Below are positions 28,608 through 39,900 of a stretch of DNA of 64,000 bases, piece after piece. The stretch spans positions 124,001-188,000 of the forward strand of contig NW_019029019.1 of NCBI RefSeq assembly GCF_002105155.1, read 5' to 3'. The position numbers and the translations under genes were made by a program. Source of the DNA: Lobosporangium transversale. Lineage: Eukaryota. The notes under the pieces are model-generated. The model did not search any database and was not told the DNA's origin. It saw only the letters and a program-made list of their open reading frames with translations. Numbering within the stretch: the first letter of the stretch is position 1; every line of letters starts with the position of its first letter.

Positions 28608-29693
28608 TGGTCATGGTGCAAAATTGTATGCTGGGATGTGTAAACAGACAAAGGTAATAGATAACCCCTTGACGTTAATCAGACGACTGTAGTGAGCCAG
28701 TATAATGGAGTGAAATAAAGTCAATAAAAAAAAAAGACCACACATATTTCAGAAATTTCAAAATTCACAAATGTTCCTGAAAACAAAGACAAAAGTTTTT
28801 CAGACATTGCTGGATTAACATGACCATTCAACAGTATTCAGCAGAGGAATAGATAACAATAGATGGCAATAATAGTAAACAATAAGAATAAAATAAAAAG
28901 AAACTGTTCGTTGGAATGAGATACAATCTTTATTTTGACTATTCATTACAAATCTCCCTTGAAGCATACAAGTACCTAACAGATAAAAGAGAAATATAGC
29001 TGTTAGTTCCTTTCTTTTTAAACAAAAAAAGCATACAAGCATTATAAAGAATATTTGTTTCAAACACTAAGAAGATCCACCGGAAAAAGACATAACAGAT
29101 CAAAACGAATTTAATATTGTTATGGGGATTGGTGCGATCTTCAACTCTCATGAAACGTTATCCTGCAAACAATCGCAAGCATCTTAAAACAAGACGCAAA
29201 GCAGGCGGCAGGAAATTGATATTCCACATTTGTAACGAGCAAACGACCAAATAAAAGGCAACAGCTGCTCTGACTTAAAAGTGGGTGGCAAGATTGAGGT
29301 GAAAAAAAAAAGGGGGATAGTAATAAATCAAGTCAAAGTCAGATACATACCTTATCCAGTTTAAACAATCAAGTGGAAAGAATAAAAAAAGTAAAAAAAA
29401 AAAAGATTGTGGAAAGAATAAATGGTGAGATAGGTGAGTGAATGGAGGGAATGGAGGGAAAAAAGTGAATGAAAGAGGTGTGGAGGAACAAACAGATCAG
29501 ATCTGTTTACTTAAATTTTTTTTACTCCCAATTACCTGTCACCGAAAGCGCTTGTAACGCATGCACTGCAATATTGTTTGTGTAACACAATTTGTCTCAC
29601 GACATGAAGGACGCAAAGAGCATATAACCGTCCAACAAAGAACTAATCCCTGACTTCATCCATCCATCTTTTTCATCCTTTCCATCCTTTCCA

Positions 29694-31605
29694 ATGTCAT
29701 CTAGTGAACCAACGTAGGTCCTGACACTGACAGGACAGCACATATTTCATTCGTAAAAGCGTTCCTAAATTTATTAGCTCTTGTTCTATTGCCGTCTACC
29801 ACATAGGATCATATCCGCGCCAGGCAAGGTTCTGATTGCAGGTGGATATCTAGTTCTGGATCCTGCATTCTCTGGCCTTGTAGTTGCTACGGATGCACGC
29901 TTCTATACCCTAGTCCGACCGAGCAGCTTCCCGAAAACTACATCTGGCCAGTATAAGATCACAGTTCGATCCCCACAATTCGAAAACGCGATCTGGAACT
30001 ATTGGGTCGCCATTCAAGACAAGAATGTTCAAGTCATTGCAAGGTACATCATCCACTGCGCTGACGATACTGTAAACAATCTCATCGGGGCTTTTCTATT
30101 ACGCTTGATCTATTTATGGACAGTGATACATTTATTTATTTATTTTTAACTTTATTTGGTACCAAAACACAGCAAAGAGGATGAGTCGAATAATACATTT
30201 GTCGAGCTTGCACTGGTTTACTCTTTAGCAATTATTGGACATTTGGTTCCTGTTGAGACTATTACTGAGAAAATTAGTACTGGGCTTAGCATTGTCATTG
30301 CAGGAAACAACGATTTCTATTCTCAGAGGAATGAGGTACCATCAAAACATGGAAGTCGAGAAAAAATAATGTCAGGCGGTCAATCTTGATACTCAATTAG
30401 GTTTCTATCGACATTCATACTACTAGCTCACAAAGAGAGGGCTACCACTTAACTCGGCATCATTGCGACAAATTCCACTCTTTGCTCCAACCCATACAAC
30501 CCTTGGAAAGGTGAGCAAGACAGGACTTGGATCATCAGCAGCATTGATCACCTCGCTAGTGTCGGCTATCTTTATTCACTTTGGCGCCTGTAAGATGCAG
30601 GGACCTGAAAGTACAGAGCTATCGGTCAATAGCACAAAGCTATTGCACAACACTGCACAATTTGTGCACTGTTTAGCTCAGGGAAAAGTAGGTAGCGGAT
30701 TCGATGTTTCTTCAGCTGTGTGGGGCAGTCATACATACAGACGGTTTAGCCCAGAAATCTTACAGGAGGTAATGCATCTGGATGCAAAAGATGATATCCC
30801 AGCCTTGCTTAAAGTCTTGGATCCGGAGCAGACAACATGGGATAATCTTGTGGTCCCATTCCGACTAGCGCCACGTCTTCACCTCATGTTGGCAGATATC
30901 GATGCAGGAAGTCATACGCCTACACTAGTTTCAAATGTACTCAAATGGCGCAAGAACAAAGCTGAGGAAGCTAACACGCTTTGGACTCTGCTGGGTGCAG
31001 CCAATGACAAAGTCGTGGAACTACTTAAACGTCTAGACGAGGCCGCGAAGGAACATCCTCAGGAATATGATTCTGCCATTCAACGTGCAAGTTCTCTTCC
31101 TGCAGCAGAATGGAGTACCTCATTGGCAGGACAAGACGTTGCATCTGAGCTATTAACTCTGATATACCAGGGATTCTCAACTGTTCGCGGTTATCTGCGA
31201 GAGATGAGCCGATTATCAGAAGTACCGATCGAGCCAGCGGAACAGACACGTCTGCTGGATGCATGTCTGGCTGTTCCTGGTGTTTTAATGGCTGGTGTTC
31301 CTGGAGGTACTGAGAAATATAATATTTGACGTGTTAAATACTATACGCATAGCCTTTGTACTAACATGATTTTATCTGGTTGGCTATTTAAACAAAAAAA
31401 AAAAAAAAAAAAAAAAGCTGGAGGTTATGACGCGATCTTTTGTATCGTCTTGTCGGATGAATCTAGAAAAGCTGTTGAGTCGGTGTGGTCTGGTTTCAAG
31501 GAGATGAACGTTGGTCCATTGCTCTGCAAGGAATCTGTAGAGGGCGGATTGGTAATGGAGCTGGACCTGAAACAGGAGCAAACGAAAGCCATGCTTTCGT
31601 ATTAA
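29694..31605 (+). CDS. ERG8: Phosphomevalonate kinase (fungal type), 5 exons
   Basis: [57 protein letters not shown] and GVPGAGGYDAI. Confidence 0.96.
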
Positions 31606-32151
31606 TTGCTGTCTATTGATACCTTTCTGATGACATTACCGTCTCATTTTTTTTTTAAGGACTACTGATTTAGTCTCAGCGCTTAATTTCTTAAAATAAA
31701 CCTTGAGGGGATGCAAATTGGAGATGTCAAGATGTCAATAACAAATCTATATAAACAACGGGGTTTGTTTTTTATTGTTTCAAATATTGCTCCTTTAGGC
31801 GCAGGCCCCATGGCCGCACTGACGCCTTCGCACATGCACACACACCACCACGTTAACTTACTCCCTTTCCCTCACACAGTCGAGAGCTCCCATTTTTATA
31901 CGATTCATTCAAAACCAGATAAGGTGTATGCTCGTTCTCGTATATGCGCCATTGCTATATTAAACTTCGCTTTTGTGTCAGAATTAGTTCGCGTCCATGT
32001 TTATTTCATCTTTTATCAAGTAGAGTAGATAGAAGAAATAGTAATACTGGCAGGAACTCAACTTTATTGCCTCAATCAGTGTCAACAGCTCCACCACTTC
32101 CCAAAATCAATAACCTAAACAAGAGAAAAAAGAGCGAGAAAGAAAAAACAT

Positions 32152-32548
32152 CGGTACAGGTGTATCACATATTCGAGAGTTATTCACAGTCGTCTCCTAA
32201 AGATTGTCTTTTCTGCTTATCAGCAGAGTAATAAAATGTTCTTTGTTTCCAAAAAAAAAAAAAAAAAAAAAAAAAGATAAACATGCACACGAAATATGCC
32301 GTCCATACATGCATGTGCTTTCATGGGCGTAGAAAAAAGAAAGAAAGAAAGAAAGAAGGAAAGAGAATAGAAAAATACTTCTCCTAAACAATACAGACCA
32401 CGGCAATCTGAGATAGCCCTGCAAGGCATTCATGCTTGTTTGTTGTGATAAAAATAAAGAAATATCGCGTCAAGTAGAGGCGGAAGCAGGGAAAAAATAC
32501 GATAGTACATGTGACAGGGTTGCGCACGCAAGAAAATAAAATAAAACT
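32152..32548 (+). repeat. Left copy of an outer ~400 bp diverged inverted repeat (partner 57238-57639)
   Basis: Blocks TATCACATATTCGAGA, CTGCTTATCAGCAGAGTAATAAAATG, ATGCCGTCCATACA, AAGGAAAGAGAATAG, CATTCATGCTTGTTTGTTGTGATAAAAATAAA and GTGACAGGG recur in order on the reverse complement of 57238-57639. Confidence 0.9.
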
Positions 32549-32561
32549 GAAGAGACATTAA

Positions 32562-33659
32562 GAAGATGCCCTTGAAGTTGGACCGAAAGGATCTGATTTT
32601 CAAAATGTGGGGACATTCCTTCGAATCAATGATGAAGGCAGGCAATTCGGGGATTTGTACAGGATCATGACCGAAACAGGCTGGGTCAAATGGGTTTGTC
32701 TCAATCACTGTCGCTCGATGTATGAAGAAAAAGGACAGAAGGTATTTATAAATGCAGTGAAAGTGAATAATGGCGAATATAACCGGCATCTTGGTAAAGT
32801 AACTATCACATTGGGGTCCAGAGAGAGAGCTAAAGAGCTCTTCGATGCACTAACCAGTTCAAGACGAGTTTACGAGTTGGATATCACATTTGGCTGGGAT
32901 TGGACGGAGATTGATCTTGAAGCATTTGAGAATGCTTTGGCAGTGTCGAGTGTATCGAATCTTCGACTTGGGCTTACACGAACTCAAAGGAATGCTGGTA
33001 TAAAAGACTCTTCAATATCCGCGCAATATGAAAAGCTTATTCGCATTATAGAGCTCAGTAATATGAAAACAATCCATATTGCTCTAACTCAGGACCACAT
33101 AAAGCTTCTCAGTTTACGGCCCAGAAGATCGTCATGTCTTCAAAAACTGACGTATGAGATGGAGGCTCAATGGATTGGAGTCATTGATTTACAAGGACTT
33201 GTAAATTCACTCAAGACTGGCACGACATTGACGATTTTGAACTTGAGTGACGGCTCAATCGAGGATGAAGGAGCTCTGGCACTGTCAGAGGCACTCAAGG
33301 TTAACACTAGTTTGACGACATTGGACTTGTGGTACAACTCGATTGGGGATGAAGGAGCTCTGGTATTGTCAGAGGCACTCAAGGTTAATACTAGTTTTAT
33401 GACTTTGAACTTGGATAGCAACCCGATTGGAAAGGAAGGGACTCTGGCATTGTCAGAGGCACTCAAGGTTAATACCAGTTTGACGACTTTGAACTTGGAT
33501 AAAAACTCGATCGGAAAGGAAGGAGCTCAGGCATTGTCAGAGGCACTCAAGGTTAACACTAGTTTGACGACATTGGTCTTGGAGTTCAACTCAATTGGGG
33601 ATGAAGCAGATCTGGCAATTTCAGAAGCACTCAAGGAAAACGCGGTTTTAACTCAATAA
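32562..33659 (+). CDS. 5'-truncated RNI-like LRR protein (28 aa / 84 bp repeats); first in-frame ATG at 32667
   Basis: Five repeats of the form LTTLxLxxNSIGxEGAxALSEALKVNTS. The upstream segment GDLYRIMTETGWVKWVC is normally internal in larger Mortierellaceae LRR proteins. The frame opens after a TAA at 32559 with no visible upstream exon. Confidence 0.8.
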   Translation, partial: EDALEVGPKGSDFQNVGTFLRINDEGRQFGDLYRIMTETGWVKWVCLNHCRSMYEEKGQKVFINAVKVNNGEYNRHLGKVTITLGSRERAKELFDALTSSRRVYELDITFGWDWTEIDLEAFENALAVSSVSNLRLGLTRTQRNAGIKDSSISAQYEKLIRIIELSNMKTIHIALTQDHIKLLSLRPRRSSCLQKLTYEMEAQWIGVIDLQGLVNSLKTGTTLTILNLSDGSIEDEGALALSEALKVNTSLTTLDLWYNSIGDEGALVLSEALKVNTSFMTLNLDSNPIGKEGTLALSEALKVNTSLTTLNLDKNSIGKEGAQALSEALKVNTSLTTLVLEFNSIGDEADLAISEALKENAVLTQ

Positions 33660-34067
33660 ATAAGAACGCCTTAAGCGTCAAATAAGGGACTCTGATGCTG
33701 TTAGGCACTCCTAGGACTGACTGACCGACTTTGGATCGTTTTTTGGGATACTTGATTGGTTAATGGTTGAAATAGCTCTAGAATAGTTAAAGAAAATAGT
33801 TTGGTTTAAATAAAAAGTTTGCTTGTAGCGGCCAAGCGGCCACGACAACGTTGGCTTTTAATCCTTTGATGACAGCTCTTCCCCTTTGAAAGCTCATTCC
33901 TTATAATGACAGCACATCAATATCAGTTCAGTGGAAGATTCGTACAAAGCTTTCTCCAATGTTAAGCTACGTAAAGCATAGTTACAAAATGTAAAGACGG
34001 TAAATTGTCCTCCTTTAGAACAGGGACTTCAATCAAGTCAGTTGAGGGAGCCTAAAGAAAAGATTGT

Positions 34068-34565
34068 CGCTTGGCTGCTACAAGCAAGGTTTTTATTTAA
34101 ACCAAACTATTTTCTGTAACTATTCTAGAGCTATTTCAACCATCAATCACCAAGTATCCCGAAAGTCGGCCAGGCAGTCCTGAGTATGTCCAACAGCATC
34201 AGTGTCCCTTATTTGACGCTTAAGACGCTCTTATTTATTGAGTTAAAACTGCGTTTTCCTTGAGTGCTTCTGAAATTGCCAGATCTACTTCATCCTCAAT
34301 TGAGTTGCACCACAAGGGCAATGTCGTCAAACTAGTGTTAACCTTGAGTGCCTCTGACAATGCCAGAGCTCCTTCCTTTCGAATTCTGTTGTTGCTCAAC
34401 TCCAAAGTCGTCAAACTAGTGTTAACCTTGAGTGCCTCTGACAATGCCTGAGCTCCTTCCTTTCGAATTCTGTTGCTGCCCAAGTCCAATATCGTCAAAC
34501 TAGTGTTAATCTTGAGCGCCTCTGACAATACCAGAGCTCCTTCATCCCCAATTGAGTTGTACCAG
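34068..34565 (-). pseudogene. Inverted, startless copy of the last ~3.5 LRR repeats, stop codon and 3' flank of the LRR gene (mirror of 33330-33838)
   Basis: Same C-terminus DLAISEALKENAVLTQ* and shared 3' flank (TTAAGCGTCAAATAAGGGAC, GGTTGAAATAGCTCTAGAATAGTTA, TTGCTTGTAGC). The frame is open over 34235-34565. Confidence 0.9.
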
Positions 34566-35040
34566 ATTCAGATGATCGATTGGGATGCATATTAGGATCA
34601 GGAAAACCAGAAGTGCTGAAACCAAATAGACAAAAATAATCCATACCAATTGATAAGGCATATACTTGATCGATGACTTCATACGGCGCTGAAACGACAT
34701 TATCACTACAAACAATTTCGACATGTTCAATCTCTTCAATCCTGGCATTTCAGTTAGTTCAATGTGACCTGTTGTTTCGCGAGTATGAATATTATATTTC
34801 TTTACGATAGAAGAGTTTTATGAATGGATGAGAAGTGCCTGTATCAATTAATGGTTCATGCTCATCACCGAGGGTAGAGATACTAATTGTAATGCGTGTA
34901 TTGCTTCTATCATTTCCCTTTTTGATAGCAGCAAAATGTATAATTTGGTCCGCAAACATCATGCCAAGAGGTGACTCAAGTATCCTAAAATATTCTTCTC
35001 CATTATTTAGAATTTGTATCTCCAATAAATATCAGGCATA
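34566..35040 (-). mobile_element. Degenerate Ty3/gypsy-type retropepsin (aspartic protease) fragment
   Basis: RITISISTLGDEHEPLIDTGTSHPFI resembles the retropepsin LIDTGA..SFI motif. It is followed across frameshifts by EHVEIVC..YEVI..LSIGMD, resembling the ILGxD motif. Confidence 0.6.
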
Positions 35041-35088
35041 TGCATTGCTATGGTTATACAATGTATATAGTCTCACGCTACTACTCTT

Positions 35089-35171
35089 CCTCAAGGAGGG
35101 AGGCGAAGGTGGCGACTCAGTGTTACGTCCTGAGGCTAGGGAGTGCACCCAAATGGGGCACTCCCCTTTTT
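35089..35171 (+). other. GC-rich double stem-loop followed by a T5 run
   Basis: CCTCA(A)GGA 35089-35097 pairs with TCCTGAGG 35128-35135. GGGAGTGC-A-CCC-AAAT-GGG-GCACTCCC spans 35139-35165. TTTTT at 35167-35171. Confidence 0.6.
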
Positions 35172-36097
35172 ATTCATAAACAACTTTTGATTTCCTTGAC
35201 TTCCGACTTGCCATAAAATATTTCACTCAGAAGCATTGCATAGAAGTGGCGCAACGTCCGTGGTAACAGAACACGCAAGTATTCCAACGCTGTCCTGATC
35301 AGTGCACATTAGACACTTTTCGAAACCTCATTTTTCCTTCGTGGCTTGAAGGAAAAAACCCTCTGTAAAGGAAAATTAAAAGTAGACCTTTCGGTCTTAT
35401 CATATTTGCTGTATTACTGTTGTTTAAAATCAGAAGATACAGTTGGTGGCAAACTTGTTCAACTTTCTCAGGTGGCTTGAATAGGGAAAAATGGCACTGA
35501 ACATTTTTCCTTAAATTAAAGATTTTTTGGCATTTCTCCTTCGCAGAAACCTCCGTAAAAGAAAAATATGGCTTCCGTGACTGTAAAATGAAAAGTGTCT
35601 ATTGCCATAATACATCATGTCTTCCAACACGATGTCTCATAATTCTCCCCTCTAACTCTTCCTTTGTTCTGAAGAGGGGCCATAACTGTGTCACCTTTCA
35701 TTACCACAAATTACTATCTCTTTTTATTGTAATCACTTACAATCTCCTTCGCTGTTCTCTGTCCTCTGTTCCATAACAATTAATTATATTTCCTCCATTA
35801 TTTCGCTTTTACTCGTCATCTATTTTTTTTTTTTTTTCTCTCATCGCGTCACCACAAACTCATTAACTTATTTGCACGAATCGGTTAACATACTCGCGTA
35901 ACGTGTAATTATCCCAACTTCGACTAAAAAAAAACTTCCATCATTTTTTAAATTGAATATTTTTAATTCTTAATTTCTCTCTCTCTCACACACATCAGCA
36001 CCAAGGTGATGTACACACTATATTTTATTTTGAATTTAAATAGAAGTTATGTTACCATTTTTTATTTTTTACGCCTATTTTATGGAGTGATAGTCAG

Positions 36098-36618
36098 ACT
36101 TAGCAGAGGTGTGATGGATACATTGTTGACATGGATGATTGTCAATGTCCTATCTCTGTACTCACTTGGCGGCCATTGGCGCAGTGAGATGTCGGACAGG
36201 TGCATTGCGGCCATTGGCGGATGCATCGAGGTACAGTATAAAGTTGCTACATTTTCATTGTCTTAACTGGCAGTGTACATAGAGTTCAACTTAGCAGAGG
36301 TGTGATGGATATATTGTTGACATGGATGATTGTCAATGTCCTATCTCTGTACTCACTTGGCGGCCATTGGCGCAGTGAGATGTCGGACAGGTGCATTGCG
36401 GCCATTGGCGGATGCATCGAGGTACAGTATAAAGTTGCTACATTTTCATTGTCTTAACTGGCAGTGTACATAGAGTTCAACTTAGCAGAGGTGTGATGGA
36501 TATATTGTTGACATGGATGATTGTCAATGTCCTATCTCTGTACTCACTTGGCGGCCATTGGCGCAGTGAGATGTCGGACAGGTGCATTGCGGCCATTGGC
36601 GGATGCATCGAGGTACAG
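36098..36618. repeat. 191 bp tandem repeat, ~2.7 near-identical copies, internally structured
   Basis: Units start ACTTAGCAGAGG at 36098, 36289 and 36480. Only one difference was seen (GATACATT vs GATATATT). Each unit contains GCGGCCATTGGCG twice. Confidence 0.97.
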
Positions 36619-36772
36619 CTATTTTTCAACTCTCTTATGGATATTTTTTATGACCTATTCAGTTTCCCTTCAAGTTATTTTGTGCCATCTACTCATTCTT
36701 CAATTGAAAGCTTTATGACAATCTTATCAATACTCCTGCTTATTTAATTAGGCTGAACTTACAACCCATACA

Positions 36773-38209
36773 ATGAGAGTCGAGCCTACCTTCCAAGAGG
36801 ACGATGCATTCGTATGCCCCCAGGAGATGTCTGTGCATAGTTTTTTTCGGGAGAATTCAGACAACGTTTCTGCATGGACTATACAAAATTTCCTTCATTG
36901 TTATCCATCAGATCTCCCAAAGTACTGCAGTAGCCTTTCGAAAATTAAATCATATAAAGACATTGCAGTGTCCATACGGAAATACTGTATACAACAGATG
37001 GAATTCTTGGGCTCTACTGAAGGTCAAACCCATGTCCGCACCTTGGAGGCAAAGAATCGAACTAGAATAAACACTAAGCTTATTCAAGAAAATGAACTTG
37101 ATCTTTCACAACGAGATACAATTTCCCAACAAGATGCTCAGCTTGCCCCTGGACAGAAAGGTGCCAATTTTTTGCTTGCTATTATTATTATTATTATTAT
37201 TATTATTGTTATTATTATTATTAATTTACCTCAATTCTGTATAATTTTTAGACATTCCCATTGAAACAGAGATCTTAATTCAAGACGGTAAATGATTAGT
37301 ATCATATATCTATTTGATCCATGTTGAATGTGTTGCATCCATTGTTCACAGACTCATATTTATATTTAATATTTTTTAGAAGCCCAGGGTATCAGATCAT
37401 CAAAACGTCTTCGCGTGACACAAAGTATCAGTGAAGAAAGCGACGACAATATTGAAGAAGATGAAGATCATGATGATAGTGAATTTGGACTTGTGCGGGA
37501 CGTTCTTGAAGATAACAGCGATGATGATGTTAACGCTTTTCTCTACGGCTCACAAGAAAATGAGGCATCATCATCTACGTCATCGTCTTCACCGTTACTA
37601 AGACCATCTATACTCCCTGAAGATCAATCAACCTGTGGCAAGTCTAAGTACCAAGGACGGAAGAAGGCAAGAACAATATAGTGTTATTGTTATCATCGCC
37701 TATATCGCTTAGTTTTGTAATGTTATCCTAACTTTAGTATTTTAATAGAGGTTTGAGAGTCTTGATATGTCACGCTTTTGGAAGTTGAGGTCGGGACGGA
37801 CAGTTGAGGAAATATTGTTTAATGGCAGTTTAAAGAAAAATGCCCCTGTCTCGTAAGTTGCGGCTTATGACTTAACTACAGTTATTGATAAACCTAAAAG
37901 TGCCATCGACTAATATGAAAATATTTAGGATTCGCTCTTGTACAGTCAACTTTGATTGCAGTGTAACTAAGGCACTTTTCTCAAACGAAGAGTGGCATGA
38001 ACTTGAGGAACACAATGATTTCACGTTCCCTCGCTTAGCAACCACTATCACTGACTACATTATGGCCCTCCGATCGGCAATGCTAGCAGGCCGTCATGTT
38101 ACCACAGTCCCCTTACCAGACCAGGATCAATTTTCTTGCGAGCTAATAATGACTACATGCATGAGATGGTAAGGATGTTAATAACTGACACCTAAAACGC
38201 GCAAAACCT

Positions 38210-38242
<33 letters not shown>

Positions 38243-39151
38243 GAGTTGACACATTCTATCATACACTCACAGGGCCAGGATGTATGCAAAGTCTCCTACC
38301 CCTTTTACTTCAAGGGACCTTTCCGAGTCATTTTGGGCTCGTTCGTCTTGGCCACTGCTTAAGGAATTATTTGACGATGTGTCTGAGATCATCATGATTG
38401 ATGGTGAGAAAGCCGGACTAGAATCGAAGATTAGGAGGAACAAATCTAGACGAACTGAAAGTGACGCCTCAACAAGACGGCGCATTGGTCGTAAACTCGA
38501 CTTGGTTGCAAGAAATTACTTACGAAAGGAGGATTGGTTCATAGTTCAATTTATGAATGAATGGAATCCTAAAGCCCCAAAGTTCCTTGTTGAAGCAAAC
38601 GTCCATCTTTTCCGTGAACTTCACAATATCATGGTACATCGTTTACAGCAAGCTAAAAATGATGATTTCCAAACGAGAGCGAGGTTTTTTAGCATTTATG
38701 CAGGTGGTGAGTTAAATTACGCTTTTAAAGTATAACCCTTATTTCTCAATGATTATGGTCTAATGATTGTTGCTTTCGTCATCACTATTTGCAGATCGAG
38801 GCTTTCGAACATTGGAATTGAGGGCTGCAGGTTCTAGGACTTACGTTGCGCTATGCAAGATTCATAAATGCTATAGCTTGCCTCCGTTCTATGATAATCT
38901 TTCAAAACAGTTTCAAAGTTTGACTCACATTCTTCAGCTAAGGGTAATACAGCTTTGCTATATCCACTTTACTACACAAAGTTTGATACTTACACGTTTG
39001 TTTTTCTTGGCTGTAGGCCTGTGCTTCAGAAACGATATATCTTTACCAGCAGGTCTTGAGAAACCCATACGGACTCAATGAAAGTGATGATTGGCTGTAT
39101 GAAAATAGTAACGTCAGTCTGGATGATGAGACCCTTGCCTCTTCTCCTTAA
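36773..39151 (+). CDS. Hypothetical protein with acidic linker and putative PD-(D/E)XK / restriction-endonuclease-fold C-terminal domain, 8 exons
   Basis: All exons splice in frame if intron 3 is GC-AG (37667-37748). Motifs FWKLRSGRTVEEIL, SESFWARSSWP, IDGEK..ESK.RRN.. and GRKLDL resemble the REase-fold proteins expanded in early-diverging fungi. Confidence 0.7.
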
Positions 39152-39499
39152 CAGCATCATTTATTCCACCTTGAGTCAAACACTTTTATATCATTTGAGT
39201 TACTTGATTAAGACTTGTCCAGCATCGACCAAATTGTCTCATACTGTCGTTACATCAACACTGTTTGTAGATAGGGATAGTAGGAATAAGTACATCGGAC
39301 AAACAGTTTGCAAATAAAATAAAAAAAAACCCCCTTTTTCATTCAAATCGTTATCTAAAATTTTATTAGCAAGAAACTCAACAGTTATAGTTTTGGTCTC
39401 CGGAAGTACACCAACAGATCTTCCAAAAACCTACGCCAGCCTATTAAGTTTAATAGAAGAAGCAGGACTATACAGCGTGATACATAGCGCTTCTAATCT

Positions 39500-39900
39500 T
39501 GTAACGATAGCGCGGCTTTTAATACGAGTCACTGGCGGTAGTCTGTCAGATATTGGCAAGGCAGGAACAGGAAAGAACAAGAAACAAGACAAGACAGGAG
39601 ATAGGATAAAGGATAAGACAAGAATAAGGGAACAAGATCAGAAAGTAAGGATAGGATTGATATGATAACTGATGATGATATATTAGAGCGGTCTATGACA
39701 GACTATACGTACATGACTAATTGGCGATGCTATATGTATAAGCCGACAATTAGAATTAAACGACTGTGTATGTCAGGGCTAAGCGAGTGTGACGGACGTG
39801 GCGTGGCGGTGTTGTCTGAGGTCTTGGTGAAGGCGTAGTGGTCGATGACTCAGCAGACACTTGAGGAGCTGCTGACGACATGGTCGTAGAATTCGACCAT
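39500..39900 (+). mobile_element. Possible 5' LTR (TGT..ACA, 39500-39880) followed by a PBS-like TGG segment
   Basis: Begins TGTAACG and ends GACGACA, followed at once by TGGTCGTAGAATTCGACCA. No TSD or second LTR was seen. Confidence 0.35.

Noticed and set aside
35135..35166. Helitron 3' end on the minus strand (hairpin plus CTAG)
   Set aside because: The CTAG overlaps the stem base rather than lying about 10 nt downstream, is not followed by T, and no Rep/helicase sequence is present.
36098..36618. CRISPR-like repeat-spacer array
   Set aside because: The inter-repeat segments are identical, so this is a plain tandem repeat. There are no cas-like genes and the context is eukaryotic.
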